A stretch of 17,042 nucleotides of DNA from Limisphaerales bacterium. GTDB taxonomy: Bacteria > Verrucomicrobiota > Verrucomicrobiia > Limisphaerales > JAJOIW01. Below the pieces are notes generated by a model. The model made no database searches and had not been told where the DNA came from. It was given only the letters and a program-made list of their open reading frames with translations. A program made the translations under genes and the position numbers. Every line of letters begins with the position of its first letter. Position 1 is the first letter of the stretch. Shown here piece by piece: positions 9,555-14,692 of this stretch. The stretch spans positions 487,682 to 504,723 of the forward strand of contig CBFHOE010000002.1 in NCBI GenBank assembly GCA_965657355.1, in the 5' to 3' direction.

Positions 9555-10469
9555 TCAAACAACTATTTTATCCTTGCCCGAGTCTTTTGCTTGATAAAGT
9601 GTTCGATCGGCTTTTTCAAAAAGATATTCTTCACTCAAGCAACTATTATCAAGAATTGAGAATCCCATACTCAAGGAAATATAAGGATTTTCCGTTATTT
9701 TTCTAAGATGGGATGTGAGGGCCTCGTGAATCCGGTAAGCCCACTCTTGTGCTTTATTACTGGAACATTGATAGCTGAGAATAGCAAATTCATCCCCTCC
9801 TATTCGAAAAGCTTCATCATAGCTCCTTATCGATTCTTTAAAGAACTGGCCAATTTGTTTGAGAACGTGATTTCCAAATGTATGACCAAGAGAATCATTA
9901 ATCGATTTAAAGTCATCTACATCAATCAATACCATTGCCATGACCTCGGTCGATTTATTCAGGACATTAGTATTTTTCATCGCCTTCATAGCCTTGTTGT
10001 AAGCTCTAAAATTTTTCATTCCTGTTAACTCGTCGTGGTAGGCTAAATATTTTAAATCATCCTCTGAGATGTCGGGAAGTGGCTCAACCTGAACAGAAAA
10101 AAGCACCTCTCCTCCATATGGAATCGTTCGAACCTGAATTTCAGCCCCACCAAAGTGCCCTTTAGCCTCAGAAGCTCCATCAATCATATTGAAAAGTATG
10201 GAGCGAACCTTTTTGGAAAATTCCATATGATCTTCAGCAGCAAACCCGGCAACATAATCTGTTCCTGCTACGTTAACAAAAACTATATCTCCTTCTGGTG
10301 AAAATAGAAAAAGTGGCATTGCAAAGATTTCCAATGCTAACAAAAAAGGATCCGTCGAAGGGCGAATACCCGGCTCATCCAGCATGCCATCTTTTTGTGG
10401 ACAATGAACCACTTCAGGCATGGGCTCGAAGCTCTCCTCTGTTTTTAAACTTTCAACCAAAATGCTCAT
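9555..10469 (-). CDS. Diguanylate cyclase (PAS-like N-terminus + GGDEF)
   Basis: 'LAYHDELTGMKN', 'LIDVDDFKSINDSLGHTFGN', intact 'RIGGDEF' with an RxxD I-site (RSYD) five residues upstream, 'ADRTLYQAKDSGKD'. PAS-like 'LFLFSPEGDIVFVNVAG'. Confidence 0.93.
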   Translation of the reverse strand: MSILVESLKTEESFEPMPEVVHCPQKDGMLDEPGIRPSTDPFLLALEIFAMPLFLFSPEGDIVFVNVAGTDYVAGFAAEDHMEFSKKVRSILFNMIDGASEAKGHFGGAEIQVRTIPYGGEVLFSVQVEPLPDISEDDLKYLAYHDELTGMKNFRAYNKAMKAMKNTNVLNKSTEVMAMVLIDVDDFKSINDSLGHTFGNHVLKQIGQFFKESIRSYDEAFRIGGDEFAILSYQCSSNKAQEWAYRIHEALTSHLRKITENPYISLSMGFSILDNSCLSEEYLFEKADRTLYQAKDSGKDKIVV

Positions 10470-10493
10470 GATTTGTAACCTTCATTTTGAGAC

Positions 10494-10515
10494 AAAAGGA
10501 CGTTTTCACGTCCCC
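10494..10515 (-). terminator. Terminator-like GAAA-tetraloop hairpin in the leader of the GGDEF gene
   Basis: Minus strand GGGGACGT-GAAA-ACGTCC-TTTT, about 25 nt before the ATG at 10469; the U-tract is short. Confidence 0.4.
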
Positions 10516-10601
10516 ATTGCGGCTAGTATTCTTTTCGTCAAAATAGAAAATATCTAAAACACGTTCCCCCCAAAATCTCTCCCACATACACTCCAACGAC
10601 A

Positions 10602-10614
10602 TAAAGCATTGATA
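10602..10614 (-). promoter_or_regulatory. IHF-consensus site
   Basis: Minus strand TATCAATGCTTTA matches WATCAANNNNTTR exactly, in an AT-rich intergenic context. Confidence 0.35.
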
Positions 10615-10659
10615 AATAGATATTTATGCTATCTCAGCATATTTATAGAACCTGATCTT

Positions 10660-10691
10660 ATGTCTAATTTTTGGACATTAATGCCCAAAAA
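10660..10691. promoter_or_regulatory. Palindromic operator or enhancer-like site with three half-sites
   Basis: ATGTCTAA-ttt-TTGGACAT (10660-10678, 7/8 symmetric) overlaps TTTTTGGACAT-ta-ATGCCCAAAAA (10668-10691, 10/11 symmetric). Confidence 0.4.
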
Positions 10692-10726
10692 ACAACCTCC
10701 AATGCAGCAGAAAATGATGAAAACCT

Positions 10727-10741
10727 GACCTTGAAAAGGTC
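10727..10741 (-). terminator. Weak hairpin, possible terminator of the arsS-trpE-CPXCG run
   Basis: GACCTT-ttc-AAGGTC on the minus strand, followed by aggTTTTcatcaTTTT, about 70 nt past the 10814 stop. Confidence 0.25.
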
Positions 10742-10813
10742 GAAAACGCAGAATTCGATTTAGCCATATTGACGGCGTTTAATATACATCAGGAAGTTTC
10801 ATCTGGTTATTCC

Positions 10814-10999
10814 TTAACTTGGTTCCACTTCGATAAAGAACTCACCCTCACCCGCATCATCCCCGCCATGAACATTGACACGCATTGGACGACAACAATT
10901 GTCACAATCCACTATAAAACCACCGTCAAAAGTTGTTTGTTCGATTACCGTCTCTTGTAATTCACCACAAAAACAGCACTGAAAAGATATGGAATTCAT
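10814..10999 (-). CDS. CPXCG-motif family small cysteine-rich (zinc-ribbon-like) protein
   Basis: 'FQCCFCGE...FIVDCDNCCRPMRVNV' fits the family pattern CPxCGE...EDCxxCCRP; 61 aa, acidic. Confidence 0.8.
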   Translation of the reverse strand: MNSISFQCCFCGELQETVIEQTTFDGGFIVDCDNCCRPMRVNVHGGDDAGEGEFFIEVEPS

Positions 11000-11066
11000 G
11001 TCAATGAGCCAAAGGCGATCTGAAGATTATTCATCGTGTAGGCGAAAAAGAGTGAAAAAAAAACAA

Positions 11067-12602
11067 TCAATCAAATGTCGATTTAAAGCTTTGCGCTAAT
11101 GCAATGGCTCTTCTCATTGATTTTGATTTATTAACCGTTTCCATAAACTCCGCATTTGGATCCGAATCAGCAACCCATCCACCTCCTGCCTGGACATATG
11201 CCATTCCATCTTTTAAGAGAGCCGTTCTGATTGTTATGCAGCAATCCAAGTTTCCATTAAATGAAAAATACCCAACGCACCCACCATATGGCCCTCTGGT
11301 TGTTTCTTCTAACGCAGTTATGATTTGCATGGCTCTCACTTTTGGAGCCCCAGAAAGGGTGCCCGCTGGAAATGTTGCCCTAATCAAATCATATGGAGTA
11401 AATTCAGGGGATAGTTGCCCTTCCACCTGGCTCACGATATGCATGACATGGCTATACCTCTCTATGATCATGAGATCTTTAACCTCGACCGAGTTATATT
11501 CGCATACTCTCCCGATATCATTTCTTGCCAAATCGACAAGCATAACATGCTCAGCTCGTTCTTTGGGATCAGCTAAAAGATCTTTTTCATGTAGCAGATC
11601 CTCTTTTTCATCTTTTCCCCTTGGCCTAGTGCCCGCAATAGGACGGATCTCTACTTTCTGATTTTCGCATCTCGTATGGATTTCAGGAGAAGCCCCTACC
11701 AAAGCCATGCCATCAATTTCCAATAAGAACATGTATGGGGATGGATTGATCGTACGAGCGGCCCGGTAAACTTCAACTGGGGACACATCGACTTTTGTCG
11801 AAAACCGTTGAGACCCCACAACCTGAATTATATCACCTTTATTAATGTATTCCTTGGAATGCATTACATTTTCTATGAATAGTGACTTGTCCTGATTCGA
11901 CTCGAAATCAATATCCTTAACCTGGTCAGGCATTATAGTGATAGGCTTATTAAGAGAACCTGCCAACATTTTACCCCATGATTTTAAACTGGCGACACCT
12001 GATTCATAGGCTGCTTCCCAATCCGGATAGTCATCTATCATGACATTGCAGATGACGATCATATTTTGGGAAACCCGATCGAAGACTATCAATTTATCAG
12101 CAATGAGAAAGTAAATCGTAGGGGTTTTCAGCTCGTCATTCGGTGGACGGGGCACAGTGGGCTCAACGTCATGTATAAATTCGTACCCTATAAAACCAAC
12201 CGCACCCCCGGTAAAAGGTGGTAAACCTGGAATCGTGGCTGGTCTCAAGTCGGACATCACACTTTCAACGACCTCCAAACCATCATGGACATCTCCAGCA
12301 TTTTTTGCAGCACCTCGAGGAATGACTCTCTGAAGGCTAACTTGCTTACCATCTTTCCAGTAAGCAACCTGGTCTCCATCCTGACGAATAAATCCACGGG
12401 GTTGGGTTCCGACAAAGCTATATCTATTGAGGTGCTCTCCCCCCTCAACCGACTCAAATAAAAACCGGTCTCCCTGTCCTGACAGTTTCTCGTAGACAGA
12501 TAAGGGTGTTTCAAAATCTGCAAGAACGCGAAAGCTCATCGGGATGAGATTCGATTCCTTACTCAAGGTCTGAAATTCTTCTTTTGTGGGGCTTATTTTC
12601 AT
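11067..12602 (-). CDS. trpE: Anthranilate synthase component I
   Basis: 'ADFETPLSVY', 'FLFESVEGGE...RYSFVG', 'FTGGAVGFIGYE', 'GDIIQVVGSQRF', 'INPSPYMF', 'GASPE', 'PIAGTRPRG', 'KERAEHVMLVDLARNDIGRV', 'FPAGTLSGAPKVRAM', 'QAGGGWVADS'. Confidence 0.95.
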   Translation of the reverse strand: MKISPTKEEFQTLSKESNLIPMSFRVLADFETPLSVYEKLSGQGDRFLFESVEGGEHLNRYSFVGTQPRGFIRQDGDQVAYWKDGKQVSLQRVIPRGAAKNAGDVHDGLEVVESVMSDLRPATIPGLPPFTGGAVGFIGYEFIHDVEPTVPRPPNDELKTPTIYFLIADKLIVFDRVSQNMIVICNVMIDDYPDWEAAYESGVASLKSWGKMLAGSLNKPITIMPDQVKDIDFESNQDKSLFIENVMHSKEYINKGDIIQVVGSQRFSTKVDVSPVEVYRAARTINPSPYMFLLEIDGMALVGASPEIHTRCENQKVEIRPIAGTRPRGKDEKEDLLHEKDLLADPKERAEHVMLVDLARNDIGRVCEYNSVEVKDLMIIERYSHVMHIVSQVEGQLSPEFTPYDLIRATFPAGTLSGAPKVRAMQIITALEETTRGPYGGCVGYFSFNGNLDCCITIRTALLKDGMAYVQAGGGWVADSDPNAEFMETVNKSKSMRRAIALAQSFKSTFD

Positions 12603-13150
12603 GACTCCATGTCAACGCTTACATCATAGCGGAAGTTTCTTCGCGAGCGCCATAATGAAAGAGTCGTGAATACAACAACTGCTATTGAATAACCAATAAT
12701 CCCAAATCCAATTGATTGCACAAACAAGTTGCTCGTCCAAAGCGCAACTAAAAGACCAATAATAAAGTAAATGAGTCCATTCCCCCAAAAACAACCAAGA
12801 ACAAGTCCAGATGAAGTCTTTCTCAACTGCGCCCCCATAAACATCTGATAATTGATTTCTCCCATGCTTCTCATTAACCAAGCATGGTCCAGGTTTCTCG
12901 CAGCAACGAGTAAGCTTGTCGTTATGAGCATGACCGCAGGCACTAGGTATGTCGCCAAAAGTGTGCTGACAACAAAATTAAGTAAAATCCCCCACTTCCA
13001 CCCCAGCCTCTTAGCTACCGGATTGGCTTCCAATTGTAAATTCGGAGTGGCTAACCAAGTACTTCCAAAATCGCAGGCGCGTGCCAAAATGAGCCCCAAA
13101 AAGAGGTACATGTATAATTCACTAAATATTGGGATACGTTCACCATCCAT
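12599..13150 (-). CDS. Uncharacterised polytopic membrane protein (D-x3-T...ExNP motif, DUF5658-like), translationally coupled to trpE
   Basis: About 5 hydrophobic segments; 'ARACDFGSTWLATPNLQLEANPVAKRLGWKWG'. Its TGA overlaps the trpE ATG (ATGA at 12602-12599). ATG 13150 is preferred over TTG 13183. Confidence 0.75.
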   Translation of the reverse strand: MDGERIPIFSELYMYLFLGLILARACDFGSTWLATPNLQLEANPVAKRLGWKWGILLNFVVSTLLATYLVPAVMLITTSLLVAARNLDHAWLMRSMGEINYQMFMGAQLRKTSSGLVLGCFWGNGLIYFIIGLLVALWTSNLFVQSIGFGIIGYSIAVVVFTTLSLWRSRRNFRYDVSVDMES

Positions 13151-13224
13151 CTCGAACAGTCTTGCAAAGATCCCCACTCCCAAAAAGCCTCAAATAAGCA
13201 AAATATCGCCCGCGAATGCGACAA

Positions 13225-14211
13225 CTAACTCAGAGCACCGCTACAGCTTGATCCTGAGCCCGCTGTACATCCAAAACAATGCGTCCCCGTCCGAATTTGA
13301 GTCTCCCTTAAAACCCTTAAGTCCAAATCCCACAGCTTGGTAGCGCGTCCATCAGATTCCTCATCCCGAGACAAAAAAGTGGGAAGATCGAGCATCTGGT
13401 TGAAATCACAGTCATACACACCACCATCCCAGCTGACATTAATGGTGTCGCGGCACATTAACCCATCCACCGTGTTAGGGTTAAAAGAATCCTTCAATAA
13501 AAGTAAATAATCTTCATACAGACCGCGATTCCTCAAATACGTGGCAAACCTACTGATAGGCATGTTTGTAATAGTTAACAACTTATCAAAAGTTATATTA
13601 AAATGCTTATCTAATTCTCGTTTATAATCCGACTCCAATTCCATTTGATTACCGGCGAGGTGAGGTCCAACTGGATTGAAAACCAAATGAAGCGGGAGTT
13701 GGCCATTATTTTTACCGTAACCAATCGAGTTAAGTAATTTTAAGGCTTCGATACTTTTATCAAAAACGCCATCACCCCTTTGGGCGTTTACATTTTCAGG
13801 GCTGTAGCATGGCATGGAAGCGATTATTTCTATATTGTGATCGCCTAGAAAATGAGGGAGCCATTCGAATCCGGGTTCTAAAAGAATAGTGAGGTTACAC
13901 CTGTCAATAATCTGGCATTGAGGCTGTATGCCTCTCAGCTGTTCGATGAGGTAAGCAAAATCGGGTATCATTTCAGGAGCCCCGCCTGTGAGATCTATCA
14001 AAGGAACTGGGTTTTTCGATACCCATTCCGTGATTTTATCAATCGATAGACGGGACATGATTTCCTTGCGCCCGGGACCTGCATTAACATGACAATGTGA
14101 GCACGTTAGATTGCATAATTTCCCCAAATTGAGCTGCAATACTCGAGGATGAACGCGATCGAGAACCAGATTATTTTTAATGAGTGTAGCTCCAAAAGAG
14201 TGGCTGGTCAT
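13225..14211 (-). CDS. arsS: ArsS-family radical SAM / Cys-rich (DUF3641) protein
   Basis: 'LQLNLGKLCNLTCSHCHVNAGP' (CxxxCxxC), 'DLTGGAPE', 'IDRCNLTIL', 'ASMPCYSPENVNAQRG', 'TITNMPISRF', 'GLMCR...YDCDFNQML', C-terminal 'HCFGCTAGSGSSC'. The family is clear; an arsenosugar function in this organism is not shown. Confidence 0.88.
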   Translation of the reverse strand: MTSHSFGATLIKNNLVLDRVHPRVLQLNLGKLCNLTCSHCHVNAGPGRKEIMSRLSIDKITEWVSKNPVPLIDLTGGAPEMIPDFAYLIEQLRGIQPQCQIIDRCNLTILLEPGFEWLPHFLGDHNIEIIASMPCYSPENVNAQRGDGVFDKSIEALKLLNSIGYGKNNGQLPLHLVFNPVGPHLAGNQMELESDYKRELDKHFNITFDKLLTITNMPISRFATYLRNRGLYEDYLLLLKDSFNPNTVDGLMCRDTINVSWDGGVYDCDFNQMLDLPTFLSRDEESDGRATKLWDLDLRVLRETQIRTGTHCFGCTAGSGSSCSGALS

Positions 14212-14216
14212 GAGGG

Positions 14217-14249
14217 TTAAAGTATACCTTTAAATTTTTTAGGCGTGAA
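14217..14249 (-). promoter_or_regulatory. Candidate sigma70 promoter of arsS with an overlapping operator-like palindrome
   Basis: Minus strand TTCACG (14249-14244)-17 nt-TATACT (14226-14221), 9 nt before the ATG. The inverted repeat TTAAAG-tatac-CTTTAA (14217-14233) covers the -10. Confidence 0.45.
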
Positions 14250-14565
14250 GCATTCAGGACTTTCTCAATTCCGACAAGGTTTTCCTGCAGGGACAGGTCA
14301 AGCGGATTTGATTTCCTGGATTTTGCACTTTTGAAATAAGATTTTTGGGATTCCTTTGTCTTTTCTACAATGCATACTCGAATAGAAAACTTTTGGTATG
14401 CTGGTCGTCACTTTGCCTGTATTCTGGGCACCCGCGCTGATTTGACCGAATTAGACGCCTCTGAGCTCAAGATCGAAGCGTTTTTCGCTGTATATTTGAA
14501 AAACTAAAGCTTTCCACACGACGCATCTCACCAAAACGGGTTTTTGAATTTAGCAATCAGTAATA

Positions 14566-14581
14566 TTTGATTAAAATCAAA
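14566..14581. promoter_or_regulatory. FNR-type (CRP/FNR family) binding site
   Basis: T-TTGAT-taaa-ATCAA-A is an exact TTGAT-N4-ATCAA match at 14567-14580, in the divergent intergenic region. Confidence 0.55.
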
Positions 14582-14692
14582 CGAAATCATCAAAAAAACG
14601 GACAGAATGCCTTAAATTATGGGACTTGGCAGAACTATCAAAAACTATTAATTTAGATTAAAGCTGCTCTCCGGCGTCGAAAAAATAAAAAT

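Noticed and set aside
10484..10560. c-di-GMP-I or -II riboswitch upstream of the GGDEF gene
   Set aside because: The GAAA hairpin is present but the GGCAAA and GCAAAGC junction elements, second stem and kink-turn are not; kept only as an unnamed structured leader.
10711..10750. TGATGA...hairpin...GAAA resembling a hammerhead ribozyme core
   Set aside because: The core reads ATGATGA rather than CTGATGA, six extra bases separate it from the stem, and I found no stems I and III.
11104..11661. 185-aa antisense ORF, and similar ones at 1790-2278, 3974-4599, 4990-5316, 9708-10028, 12852-13343 and 14653-15767
   Set aside because: They lie opposite or inside well-supported genes and have no recognisable motifs; shadow ORFs.
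13225..13290. Selenocysteine recoding in the arsS C-terminus
   Set aside because: All motif positions are Cys codons and the stop is TAG; there is no in-frame TGA.
14177..14410. Minus-strand open frame of about 75 codons overlapping the arsS start
   Set aside because: It has no ATG start after the upstream TGA, no recognisable motif, and overlaps the arsS promoter and start.
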